A stretch of 64,000 nt of DNA from contig NC_087263.1 of NCBI RefSeq assembly GCF_037042905.1, forward strand, positions 8,804,001 through 8,868,000, written 5' to 3'. Position numbers and translations under genes: made by a program. This document shows, in pieces, positions 1 to 12,017 of the stretch. Numbering within the stretch: position 1 is the stretch's first letter; each line of letters begins with the position of its first letter. Under the pieces are notes generated by a model. That model made no database searches and had not been told where the DNA came from. It was given only the letters and a program-made list of their open reading frames with translations. Source of the DNA: Lytechinus pictus (lineage: Eukaryota).

Positions 1-600
1 TAAATTCTCAAGTTCAGTCATTCTTATCAAATTCTCAAAATTTAATCACTTCTAATACGTTTTACAGCAATGACAGCAAAATTAAACATTAACTATGCAG
101 CTATCCTCAAACCAGGTGGTTTTATATTTTCACTAAAATTTCAGTATGAAATTCATTAGATCACAATTCCATATCATAATTCGTTTCAATCGTCTTGAAG
201 GCTTAGCAAAACAATAGCTTTGGGATTCATTTCCTTTGCGAAAATATTTATTTTTGCCTTAAAACACTTGCAAAAAACTTTCTGAAACATTTCATTCACA
301 AGAATTCTGTAATTTTGAGACTTTGAATGTTTTCAATTATCACCAATTTCTTCATTCTGAGCTCCGCCGCCAGTAAATTGTAACTAATTTGAGAATGAAA
401 TCTCATATCAATTCCTTATCAACCTTTACGATGGTTATCCTTTTACATAATCATAACATTCTCCAATTTCCATCACCACTTCTTTGCTCTGCAGCATAAG
501 TGGATCCTAGCTATGCAGCTATCTGCCATGCGGCCGTGTAAAAATTACATGTTGCATTCCAACAGTATAATTTTGAATTAACCTCCATCAAATGGATTTA
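1..600 (-). pseudogene. Possible heavily decayed tyrosine recombinase region of the DIRS element
   Basis: Position downstream of the MT domain, plus a KNKYFRKGN segment (~228-256) resembling the K-x-D-x2-R-x-G motif of DIRS YRs; otherwise poorly readable. Confidence 0.4.
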
Positions 601-719
601 TTACATACCAGCATTCATGTCAGCCATCTCTCACAAACCGTTTTTTTTTTTTTTTTTTTTTTTAATTATTATTTCTGCCTTGAACGAAAATTCCTTGAGG
701 ATTATCAATTTTGAAGTAT

Positions 720-2490
720 TCAGAGAATAAGGAACGAAAATCACTTTGTTCAGAGAAAATAATCGGCCAGAAGGGTGCAGACGGCCAGAAGGGAACAACC
801 AAAGTCCCCCTAGCAGAACAAAACCTTCAGATGCTTAAGTACTTGCCCTATACATGCTATACATTCGATAGGTGGAACCAACCAATTATTCTCGCCCGAC
901 CAATCACATGAGAAGGGATCAACATGATCTATTAGGGGACACCAATATTTAGAATTGAACTTCTTAATTTTGAAATTAAAATCGTCCGCAAGTCTGTCCA
1001 CAGTGTGAGGGCCCCAGATTTTGTCCAAAAATCCGAAAAATTCATCTGACACACCCCAATCATCAAAATCTATCATGCGACTTAATGCATCTGCAAAACG
1101 GTTCTCCTCTCTGGGAGCCCAATGAACGTGAAGACTAATGTTGTTTCTTTTACACAACTCAAAGATGTGTAAACTCATCTCATGCAATTCTGCAATCATA
1201 CTTCCTTTATTTACAATCGATCCTACTCCTTTATTATCACAGAGGACCTTGACAGTTTTATGTCTCATGTGAGATACAACTGTTTGCAGTGTCATACTTA
1301 CTGACTTGAATTCTCTCCAAGTGGAGTTTTTAACCATTTCAAACTCAAACCAATCTCATCCCATTTCATGCCTGCGCACTCAGAAACCCAGGCCCCGCAG
1401 CCTGATGGACTTGCATCAGAATAGATGAAAGTCTGTGGAACTGAATAAGCAGAAATAATGTTTACGTTAAGAATATGCAAATTCTTCTCCAGAAGAAGAA
1501 CACGAATATTAATTCAACACTATTGATCACATTATGTCCTATCCCAATGTACCCTCCGGATGATTTCGTGATGCATAAATCTGGTTTTAATTTGAGTAAC
1601 TGTGCCAAACACTGGATACAATGTATCTTTCCAACTATAACTACGATCTTTCGTTCTGAAACCTCAGGCAATTCTGCTTAAAATGAATCTGAACATAACT
1701 CAAGATCCTTCATCCTTCTTTCAATAATCTTTATATAAGCTACTCTGCTTTCCCGTGGTATTCCTAACCAATCCAAACACTGGACAGGAGTCCATTGAGA
1801 TATTTCTCAACATTTGGTATCAAACCTGCTTCAAGTAAGTCATTTTTCACCGTCTTGACCATAGTATCATACGAATCAAAGGAAGCAGCACGACCCAATC
1901 ATCTATATACAAAAAAAAAAAATGAAAATACCATTTTTATACGCCAATGATTAACGATAGGCTTAAATCGTGTAATGAAAACGAAGGTAGCTGTTGCCAA
2001 CCCAATGACAACACCTAAAAAGAGAAAAACCTTGTACCACTACCAAAATCCCAACTAAAGCCTACAATTTTTCATGCACTTGAAAAATGTAATAATGATG
2101 ATAACCTTGCTTAAGTTCAAAGGAAGCATAAAATCTCCCTGTTTTAAATAAGACATGACTACATTCTAGTCTTCAAGTATAATAGTGTTCTTCCACAAGT
2201 GTTAGTTGACATAACGTTAACCAAAAATCAGTCTCTTTTTATATCTGAACTCTGAATTGAATCTGAAAGGGGGTAACATCATGGGGTGCAGTGGTGGATT
2301 CAACAACCAAACCCTTTTTAATAATAATTCGTTAATGGCTTCAGAAACGAAATCGGGATCGATGTCAATGCTGACTTATCATCTTATTGTAAGGTAATTT
2401 GTAACCATGTTCATTGACATCTACAACAAATTGAGATGCATCAGTTGATTTCCAAATTGTAAGGAAGCATTCAATCTACCTTTAACCAAA
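720..2490 (-). pseudogene. RT-RNase H-methyltransferase-like pol relic of the DIRS element
   Basis: ORF 810..1337 has the RNase H C-terminus (VLCDN, HWAPREENRFADALSR) followed by DDWGV/WGPHTVDR/NNWLVPP. ORF 1298..1480 has YSDAS. RT motifs lie upstream in broken frames. Confidence 0.88.
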
Positions 2491-2979
2491 TGTTCTGAAT
2501 TTCATTGATCATACTCATAATTTCTCAAATAAAATTCTTCCTCCTACCCTGCACATCTTGTCGAATCAACACTAACGTTACTCGATGTTTCCCAACCGAA
2601 ACAAATTCAACAATGCTCTGTTTCTGTATTTCTTAATTTAGAAGGGCCCGCTGACGGACCAGGAGTAGTCAATATATTCCAGATTGTTTGATCTGTGTCA
2701 TATCTATGTCTAGGTTCATTAGTAAGAGGTGGAATTCAACCAAAATAACACATCTTTTCTTAACATATAATTATGGACTAGGTAGAATCAAGAATAGATT
2801 CCTTTGCTACGCCCTTCTGATCATTCTACTCTTCAGTTCTCAAATACCACACTTCGTCAAATACAGAACAAAACTGACATTTACCTTGCTCAGTTTGACC
2901 ATGATCAATGGATCATTTAACTCTGTTGAGCATTGTTATCTCTGACGGATGAATCTTGCTGGGATCTTGCTTCCTGATA

Positions 2980-3886
2980 CCTGGGCAACTTCTCCAGTGC
3001 CCATGTCTACCACAGGCAAAACGTTCGTCGGTGGTCTGAGGCAACTTGCATACCCGCGCCAACTATTTTGTACATATAAGTTGGCGACACTGCCAAGCGA
3101 ATATCGATTTCTTGACCCAAAGGGTATACGAAATAAGTTGTCGGAAGTAGTAGAAGAACCTTGAAAATTTCCAACATTCTTGCCCAATATAACCTTTGTT
3201 TGTTGAACGAAATAACTTACGCTTTCTATTTACACAAGCCTGAGCTTGCCTCATTCTTTTCTCCCTCATCAGTATTCATCCAATGCGGACCAACCTAAAA
3301 TATAAAAATGATCTCTATATATTTATTTGATTAATCTCCCATAATTAAGTCATAAAGTAATTCCGCTGAAAACGAACAGCTTCCATTAACAACATAAGGC
3401 CATATCTATTATGTACAACCGTTCATAAATTTCAAAAGCAATAGCCTAGTTTGGAATTTTCATTCATCTTTATCTCACTAACCTGCTTCAGATTCATCTG
3501 CTTTTCTGATATGTTTCTTCCTTTTAATTATATCTGCAATACCTTACTTCAGCAAAGCAAGGGCTGCGCCCGCTGCTTACCTTACTCTAATAAGGCAAAT
3601 TTCTTATCCAACTCCTCCTGGCGTCTAGAATTATATTCATATTGAACCTTATTACCTTTTGAAAGACATCTCCGACGCCCTTTTTTAGTTGTAGAAGCTC
3701 CGCTGACCCGGGCAATGTATCGAGAATCAACATAATCAAACAGCCAGCCCAATCTTTAAACGAGCCAATGCTTCCTTTGTAGCATTGCTTACAAGAAGGC
3801 GAAGAGACTCCAGATTATTGAGTAAAATTTTCTGAAACTGCCTTTAATTTGTGGCATAACCCGAGGTTAATTTCTTGATTCGCCAT
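2980..3886 (-). pseudogene. gag-like ORF1 relic of the DIRS element
   Basis: ATG near 3886, motifs KGNKVQYEYN, KHIRKADESEAG, EKRMRQAQ and a degenerate CCHC knuckle; multiple stops. Confidence 0.7.
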
Positions 3887-4689
3887 TATTTTATATTTAA
3901 CATCGAATCCAAACGTAGATCTATTACGATAAGGCCTATAGAGTTTAACACGTGGAAGAAGCGTTGAAAATAAGACGTCCGTACTGTGCTGTGTCGAACT
4001 CGGTCAGTGAATTCCGAATCGTTTAGGAATTCAGACACTCCTCACGCAAGCATTGTTATGCTAATCGGATACTTCTGCTAAGAAAAGAAAATGTATTTGT
4101 CAGCTTAGCGAGTAGAAAATCGTTGAAGCGTTTGGAGTTTCGAGTGTGTACAAAACTGATTAGAAAGGCGTCGCGTTAAATGCTTTATAAAAGAGATGAT
4201 AACACGAAAAGAAGTAGGATTAAAATCACTGCCTTTTGGGGTAGACTTTCAGTATGAATCACGAGTGATATTGTTGTTGTTGTTGTTGTTGTTATTGTTG
4301 TTTATAGGGTTGAAAAGTGATGGATAGTGGACACAGTACAGATCGTTTTATTCGTGTCCGCCACATAGGAGTAGGCACATTGCCCCTAAAATAGACCAAC
4401 GCTGTTCAACTATCTCGTTCATCCACGCATCTGACCACTTTAGGCTTCCTAACATTTGAAATAGATCGTTCAACGACAGCAAGTTGGCAATGGTTTCCTT
4501 TTTACCTGCACATAACCAAATGATGGTTCAATACCGTTAAAAAGCGTCCATGGTATGTATGTTTTTGGTCAATTTTTGCATACCTGATCTGTATAACAAG
4601 AAAAATAACTGCTTTATTTAGTGATCAATACATTAATTATGCTTTTGATCGGTTTACATTGTAATTATTATTACACCGGTCATCGGATC

Positions 4690-4890
4690 CTTGCATGCGT
4701 ACCCGCTCAAAAAGGTTGCACTATTCCATTCCCTGGGGAGTATTCCAACAAGAGTTCCAGGAATCAATTACGAGGCAATATTACCATGTGGATTGTCGCC
4801 TTGCCAAAGAACGCTAGGCCGTGGTGGGATTCGAACACACGACCCTCTGATAACATGGCAAGAGTCACAACCACTAGACCACGACCCTCC
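4690..4890 (-). mobile_element. tRNA-headed SINE (partial)
   Basis: Minus strand has A-box TGGTCTAGTGG and B-box GTTCGAATCCC, followed by ACCACGGCCTAGCGTTCTTTGGCAAGGCG; same head family as 20411-20714. Confidence 0.8.
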
Positions 4891-4954
4891 CAGATGGGTT
4901 AGGGTATGGAGCCTATTTGACCTCGGTAAGGTAATACAATTATATTGGTTTATG

Positions 4955-5485
4955 CAGGGGCGGCGGAACGTATTTTCTTTTTTTTAGGGGGGGGGGCAAA
5001 TCCAAAAAAGGCAATTATATGTCAAAGCCGGCATTTGGAGGAAACGGATACATGTATTTTCACCATCAGATTATCATCTGCGTGAAGTAGTTGTGTGTTT
5101 TGAAGTAAATGACTTGAGCAAAGGCTTTTTGATGTGAATTTTGATTGATGAGATATATATTGAGGCTTTTTTTCCGCGAGGGAGCGTAGTGATTGAGCGG
5201 TTTGGTAAAAATTCAAATTTGAAGTTGTAAAACTCGCGTTTTGATCAATTATGGCGCTGATTACTGTTACAAGGGCATCCTTGTGAGAGTTTGCGAGCGC
5301 GAATCGCGAGCTCGAACTTTTGGACATTTCATGTAATAATTTCATGTAGCATTCTTTTTTTTATTGTAGCCAAGAACAGAAAGATTACCTTACTAAACAA
5401 TAAATGATGCCAGCGCGAAGCGCGAGTCAAAAGTTTTGTGATTTGTGATCCCGTGCCCCCCCCCCTGCCGGTTCCACCGCCCCTG
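4955..5485. mobile_element. Non-autonomous hAT-like element
   Basis: TIRs CAGGGGCGGCGGAAC / GTTCCACCGCCCCTG (14/15) and exact 8-bp TSD GGTTTATG (4947-4954, 5486-5493). Confidence 0.88.
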
Positions 5486-7931
5486 GGTTTATGTATAATT
5501 CATTATTGGACTATTAACAAAAAAAAATTAAACGACTATGGCCACGTAACATTGGCCTGAAAATCAATTTTAGTCCAGATTTTAGGTCACTTAAGAGCCC
5601 AGATAGATAAAACTACAATTAAAATAAAATGATCTAATGACTGTGGGAGTGAGAGGAATAAGACCTCATTCCTTTGAATAAGTAAGAGTATCGGTTTTTG
5701 TTTTCCTATTTTGGGGAAGTCTTAATCATTATTTTGTTGCACCATATTTTCACATGGCCTACCTAGTCTGTCGTCGTATGGAAAGCAAGGACAGTATCAC
5801 TTATACTCAATCGCAATCGCAAGAATGTGTGTGTTGTATGTGTGTGTATGTGTGTGTATAAACATATATATTAATTTCAATAGAAAATCATCTAATATCT
5901 GAATAATTCTAGCATTTGGGGTAAGGTGGATTTCTTCCTAAATCAGTTACCAGTATCTTAACACGAACTGAGCCTTCTCTCCCTCAGAATATTGGCCTGG
6001 CTACACCACGTTGATTGAAGGTTCCCTCTCTTGTAGGGCTCACAGGCCTAATTCATTTCCCATAGACTCGTGTGTTAAAGTGGCACTTAAAAAGAATTCA
6101 TAAAAAATAAGGAGGAATTTCGAGGGTTGAATGTTTACTACCAGTGGATAGGATAAATGTCTGACATTCCATATCTGACAGAAAAGGGTACCTCGATCGG
6201 CTCATTTTAAAAATAAATCCGCATTTATGAAGACTACACCTGCCGGGACCAAATTCATCACTTGAGAGAGTAAAATGACCCTAATTCTTCCGCCAGTAAA
6301 AATATAGTTCCATAATGGTGATATATCTTTCCAATTTGGAAAAAGTAAGTTCAGTAGGTACCCTCCCTAGAATCAGTGTTAGATTGTCAGTCATATTCAT
6401 TCATTTTTGTCAATCAGCAATATCAAATTTAAAAATTTAGCAATGGGTTGGCTCGAATGAATATCTATGGCCTGCCAGTTGTGATTAGGCCCGTGCGACC
6501 TGTAACCTATCCCCCCCACGCCCTCTCCCGGCAAACTCTCTCCATCTCTACCTTTCACCACCAAGTAAAGTTCATACGCAAAATAATGACATTATTATAT
6601 GTTGATTTCATCCATCTCTTCCCGCGTACCACCCTTATCTCTGCGTGTGTCTCTCTCAGTCTCTCTCTTCGTCTCCCTTTATCATTAAAAAATACCACCT
6701 ATCTCAGTCTCTTTCCCTCCCTCTCGTTTTCTTATTATCAATACGTCTTCATCGGATTTCACATATTTTATCTCATTCTCTCTATTTCCCTTTCTCCCCC
6801 ACCTATTTCATTATTTTCTTTTCTGCAAATACTCTTTACATTGCCTGTGTTAAACCCCCTGGAGTTAAAGATGAAGTAATCCTTACGATTGTTTCCAAGT
6901 CAAGACGACGCTTCGTCCTGAACTGCCGAACACTGAAGGGTGCTTTCGAAAAAAAGACCGAGTGCGACTTCCGTTGTTGAGAAGACATGGAAAATCAAAA
7001 GGGGGATCATATTCGAAGGAGCGATTAGCAATCTAAGTTCTACAAGATATTTTTTTGTAAAGCGATAGCGAGGACGTGTCTCCAGTGCATCTTGTCGTCG
7101 CCATCGGATTTAGTCGTTTTGAAGAGAAACAAGGAAAAGATGATGTATCAGAATCGAAGATATGCGACGGGTTTGACGAGTCAATTTGCTGTTATAATAC
7201 GACTATGATACTTCTTAGATGAAGTATCTCAAATGTATATATTGCCATATGTTGTACTAATAGTCGGACAGTAGTTGAGATAAGCTGATACGGGTGGAAT
7301 TGCAGCTTGGATATACCACGAATATAATTTGTCATAGTAAGGGTTACCGATATTGGCCTATATTCACCAAATATGCTCTTTTTGACCAAAAACTCTATTT
7401 ATTTCAATTGATCTGATTATTAATTAGAAACACCAGATTCAGTTTTACAACTGATGTCCTGCAATGCATAATAATAAACAGGGATGGCACCGCAGGGTGG
7501 CGCATTGGTCAATCACCCCCGAAATTTTCAAGTATTGAAAGAGGAGAGAATGCGGGGAAAATGTGGAAGAAAGAGCAAGAAAGACAAAGTGTAGAACACT
7601 GAAGAGTCATCTTCAAGTATTCTGAAGAAAAGAAAATCCTTGCTGATTTACGTCTGTTGCTGAACGTGAATAGAAAACAAATCTTGTTAGCTGAAACTGC
7701 ACATTCGACTTAAATACAGAACGTGGAAGGAGAGTTTAACTGATGTTTAATGAAAAATGCTCATATTTTTGTGATTATTCAACCATATCAAATTAAATTT
7801 CATTCTACTGTAGATAATGAATTGTAGTTTACGGGTGTGAAAGTATAAACCATATAATTTTTTAATTTTCATGTTATACCCATCTATAGTGCCACTAAGT
7901 AACATTTTTTTGTGGGACATGCTGTATAGGA

Positions 7932-8200
7932 ACCGGTGTGTGGCTCAGTTGGTTGAGTGTCCGTCTCATAACCGGGAGGTCGGAAGTTCAAACCCTGGCC
8001 GCGTCATACCAAAAGACGTTAAAAGATGGTAATCGTTGCTACCCTATTTGGCGTTTAACATTTAAGGGATAGAGCCTCGTCGATCTGGCGCTGCTCAGCG
8101 GCTGCCGGGCCCACGATCAATTGGGCAATGCAAATTTTCGGAGTATTTCATTCCATGTCTATTTCGAACGATAAAATATGGATTGTTTAAACAAAAATAT
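7932..8200 (+). mobile_element. tRNA-derived SINE (CAT-anticodon-like head)
   Basis: A-box TGGCTCAGTTGG, loop CTCATAA, B-box GTTCAAACCC. No terminator or closed acceptor stem; continues into body CCGCGTCATACCAAAAGACGTTAAAAGATGG and an AT-rich tail. Confidence 0.82.
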
Positions 8201-8900
8201 GGATTTTCACATACAAGATTACAATAAATATATACTACTACTAATCGGATAATGAATCAAGCCAGGTTTTGTGATTTGACATAAGAGCTGGAATTAAAAT
8301 CATTTAACAAATTATTTATATCCCTACATATTATGCAGAAATATCATTGGCATATTTACTGCCACTCTTTAAAATGTATACAACTCTGCAACTATTAAAT
8401 CCTTCAGAGATTTATAGTCAATATTACATTACATTTAATTTAAAAAAAAATATGAATCGATAGGTCACAGAAATTGTCAAGCGTGGCAACGTCGCATATA
8501 TTCGAAGCTATGGCGTCATGTAGTACGAGCCCTTCACATTGTCTACAACTCTACATCCTTCAGTTTACCATGTTGGCCAGGTAATCACATACAAAGATGA
8601 AATAACCAATTATGAAATTGAAAATGAAAATGAACGAGGAATTGCCGGATTTTGTTTCATTGATGATGATTAGAGTTGGTATTGAAACATCCGATTGCCG
8701 ATGGAAGTAATTTTCTAGACAGTAGATTGGAGAAAGTTTAATCATCATGACATAATATCCGAAATCATTTTCAAGCCACATTGTTACCTTCTAATTTTCT
8801 GTTCTTGGCGTTTGGCACGTCTGTAGGCTGTCAGTAGGAATATTTGTAATGTTGAAAAACATGTTGAATGAGAAGTAATTCAAAATATTTTCTCATGATG

Positions 8901-9124
8901 NNNNNNNNNNNNNNNNNNNNNNNNNNNNNNNNNNNNNNNNNNNNNNNNNNNNNNNNNNNNNNNNNNNNNNNNNNNNNNNNNNNNNNNNNNNNNNNNNNNN
9001 NNNNNNNNNNNNNNNNNNNNNNNNNNNNNNNNNNNNNNNNNNNNNNNNNNNNNNNNNNNNNNNNNNNNNNNNNNNNNNNNNNNNNNNNNNNNNNNNNNNN
9101 NNNNNNNNNNNNNNNNNNNNNNNN
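8901..9124. other. Assembly gap
   Basis: Run of N. Confidence 1.
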
Positions 9125-10229
9125 AATACTACTAATAATGATATAATCATGACTAGGATCATGATAATAAAACACTAGAAAATGTTCTACTGCTTCAAGA
9201 AGTGATTATTATTACATTTCAAAAGGCTAAATGCACTAGCATTTAAATTCAATACTTCAAATGATACCCGATTCCTTTAGAGGCTTGCGCATAATTCATC
9301 TTTACCTAAAAGTAGGGATAATTAAAGAAAAGTAAAATGTAGAAATGTTTTTAACCACACAACCTTTCAGGGCATTGGTGAAAGCCTTTTTTTCTAATGG
9401 GTTTCAGTCCACTTTTAAGATATTTTCAGAAAAAAATATATTAACAATGTAAGGCGTAGGGTTTTTCAATTACACCAAGATATCTAAACCCTTGCAAAAT
9501 CGTATATTCCTGATTTATGATGCATTAGGTGGATTTTTTTTCTTGGAAAATTATCGATGAAATATGAATAAAAAGACGGGAAAGCAAAAAGATAAGTAAG
9601 AATACCCCCTGTAGCGATGTATAGGCCCAGCATGATTTTATCATTATGCCTCCAAATGCGAAGCAGCGAATGCAATGCATTTTAACGGCGGCATCAAAAG
9701 AAATAATAAAGGATTATTCTAGATAACATGCGGCAATGGAATATCACATTGATGGCAAGCTTCTACTCCTGGGAACTAATCTAAAGTGAAGGGCAAGGAC
9801 GGGGGAATATGGTTTTAGCGTTTTAGATTCACGCATAGAAATTGATATAAATAAAAAGATAGTGGCCGGTCGCGTTCCGTGCACCGCTGAGGCGCCACTC
9901 ATTCTGGCCACTATACACAACTCAAACGAAAGTGCCCCTAAACATAAATACATGTAGTAATAATGATAATAATCATAATATTGAAAATGACATGTCTTGG
10001 TACGAGTGTATCTAGAATTGTCATGCTTATCTTGACTAAAAAATAATAATAATTAACTTTTGAGTTCCCATGAGACGGTTTAGTCGATAATAATGCTTTT
10101 GACAACAAGGTCTGAATGAATTTGGCGATTCATGTATTACCAGAAACCTGTCAAAGATTAATGTTGGGAAATAAATATTTTCATGTTTCATAGAAGGTGT
10201 AGAGTTTAATTTTCTTGATTTTGAAGAGT

Positions 10230-10990
10230 TTATTTGCAAAAGGGCTTAAGTCCACTTTGGACCATTCCGAGAAAAAAACGTGTTTTTATTCTCACTTATT
10301 GCAATATTCTTAAGAGAAACTAACTCGTCATGATGTACTACCCTAACATGTGAAAATAGAATTGGGTATAAAAGAAATCTACCTATCTTCAATTTTTTAT
10401 ATATATTTTAAATAAAAATATCATTGTGGACCTAAGCCAATTTGCAAGCAAACTGAAATGAATCTAATCTCTTTTAAATTAAAAAAAGGGATTTTTCTTT
10501 GCCACTTTATTCACGTTTTCATTTGAATTTCAAATTTTATTTTGTATCATCAAAGCGACTAAGAATTTAGAGGTTTTGAGACAGAAAACAATAAAATTTT
10601 ACCTAAACCCTTTTGACAAATGAGCTCTGCATGTGAGTTTTGTTGCAAAATGGGTTAGGTCCACTCCAGGAAAATCATTTTTTCAATTCTCCCATATCGC
10701 AATATTCCTATGCGAAACTAAATTTTCATGATACCCTTCCATGAGAAGATTGAGAACATAATATTCGGTATAAACGAAATCTACCTGTCTTCATATTCTT
10801 TTCCTAAAAAAATCTATGTGGACCTAACCCCTTTTGAAAAAAAGTGATTTTTTTTTTCCATTTTAGTTCAATTTTTCATGGGAATTTCAACTTTTCTTTG
10901 GTATCACCTTATAGAGCTACTAAAAATCTATACATTGTGAAAAAAAATCAAATTTGATGAAAAATGGAATAGGATCACGTTGAAAAAAAT
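10230..10990. repeat. Diverged tandem duplication (~410-bp offset), probably subterminal repeats of a DNA transposon
   Basis: Collinear motifs in both units: GGG(C)TTA(A/G)GTCCACT, GCAATATTC, GAAATCTACCT, GTGGACCTAA, GAATTTCAA. Confidence 0.7.
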
Positions 10991-11411
10991 ATTTTTTAAC
11001 ATGCCAAAATATATATTAATGAATAATATAACAATAATCAGATCATTGCTGTTGTCATTCGAAGGGGGTATTTCAATTAGGAAAACACATCGCTGCTATT
11101 CTTATAGCCACTGCATTATAGGCATGTGAAGTGGTTAGATGGTCATGATGGTTCCGAAGAAATACGTGTGTTTTTCAATGTCACTCGAAGCCAATCGCTT
11201 AATTGAAAGAAGAGAGGAAGATTGGCCACCTGATTACCACACACATGGCCGTGACATGTGTCACTTATCATGCTTACATACCGTTTATTAATATTAGACA
11301 GTAGAGTAACATCTGCAAGAAGGACTACAGAACTACGGTATAACAATCCATGTTATTTTTCCTGGAAATACACTTAAGGTTTCGCGAGTATAATTACAAA
11401 AGTAAGGCTTA

Positions 11412-11607
11412 CACTCTTAAAAATGTTAGGTAGCATACTATCCACACAACAATTGGTTAAAACGTGATCAAATTCTGGGTAGTTTTAAACCAATAATGTG
11501 TGTTTTGGGTGAAAACTGCACAGTATTGGTTGAAAACTACCAAGAGTTGGATAAATTGCTTAACCAATTGTTGTTTTTACAGTATGTTGCCCAACATTTT
11601 AAGAATG
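11412..11607. mobile_element. Short MITE
   Basis: TIR-like ends CACTCTTAAAAATGTT / AACATTTTAAGAATG with TA on both sides; related element at ~15103-15360. Confidence 0.65.
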
Positions 11608-11834
11608 TACACATATTGATAAAAAAAATTTCCATTTGTTTTTTAATGTAATATAGCTGATTGAAAAAAAGGCATGAAATTATTATTGGCCATTTACCAT
11701 TAAACACTGATTCTATGTAGGGCAACTACTGAACTTCCCGTGCCCAAATTCGGAAGAAATATGACTTTGGGACTATTTTGACTGGCAGAAGAATAAGGGC
11801 TGTTTCACCGTTTCGAGGTACCATTTTCTGGTCT

Positions 11835-12017
11835 GAGAGGGTTTCATAAAGCTGTTCTTAAGTTGAGAGCGACTTTCAGAACGACTGGTGAAACTTTCTT
11901 ACGCGCTAAATAATCACCAATGAACATTTAATGGTGAATATCATTTACCCCAAGAAAGGATCACCAGTCGTTCTTAAAGTTACTCTTAAATTACGAACAG
12001 CTTTATGAAACGGGTCC
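11835..12017. mobile_element. Palindromic MITE (Harbinger-like)
   Basis: GTTTCATAAAGCTGTTC...GAACGACTGGTGA mirrored by TCACCAGTCGTTC...GAACAGCTTTATGAAAC. Confidence 0.75.

Larger units (their letters stand above)
1..4272 (-). mobile_element. Decayed DIRS-order (tyrosine recombinase) retrotransposon, DIRS1/PAT-like; 3' part runs off the window
   Basis: Manual minus-strand translation gives the domains in order. Gag-like: FQKGNKVQYEYN (~3630-3665), KRKKHIRKADESEAG (~3480-3525), degenerate knuckle FACGRHGHWRSCP (~2982-3022). RT: HGYKLP (~2395-2410), FELKQGYHH (~2095-2122), YIDD (~1898-1909). RNase H: YSDAS..G.GA and WAPREENRFADALSR. MT-like: WGPHTVDRLAD...NNWLVPP and GTLVVPFWPSAPFWP. Many stops and frameshifts. 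The 5' boundary at the (TTG)n run is approximate. Confidence 0.88.

Noticed and set aside
6880-7200. LDL-receptor class A-like fragments (CDFRC, KICDGFDESIC)
   Set aside because: Cysteine spacing incomplete, stops and frameshifts, no splice sites; too weak to call without BLASTX
7932-8005. tRNA-Met gene (also 44727-44800)
   Set aside because: Acceptor stem does not close, there is no T-run terminator, and the sequence continues into a SINE body
8831-9175. ORFs spanning X runs (also 30655-31022)
   Set aside because: Artefacts of assembly gaps
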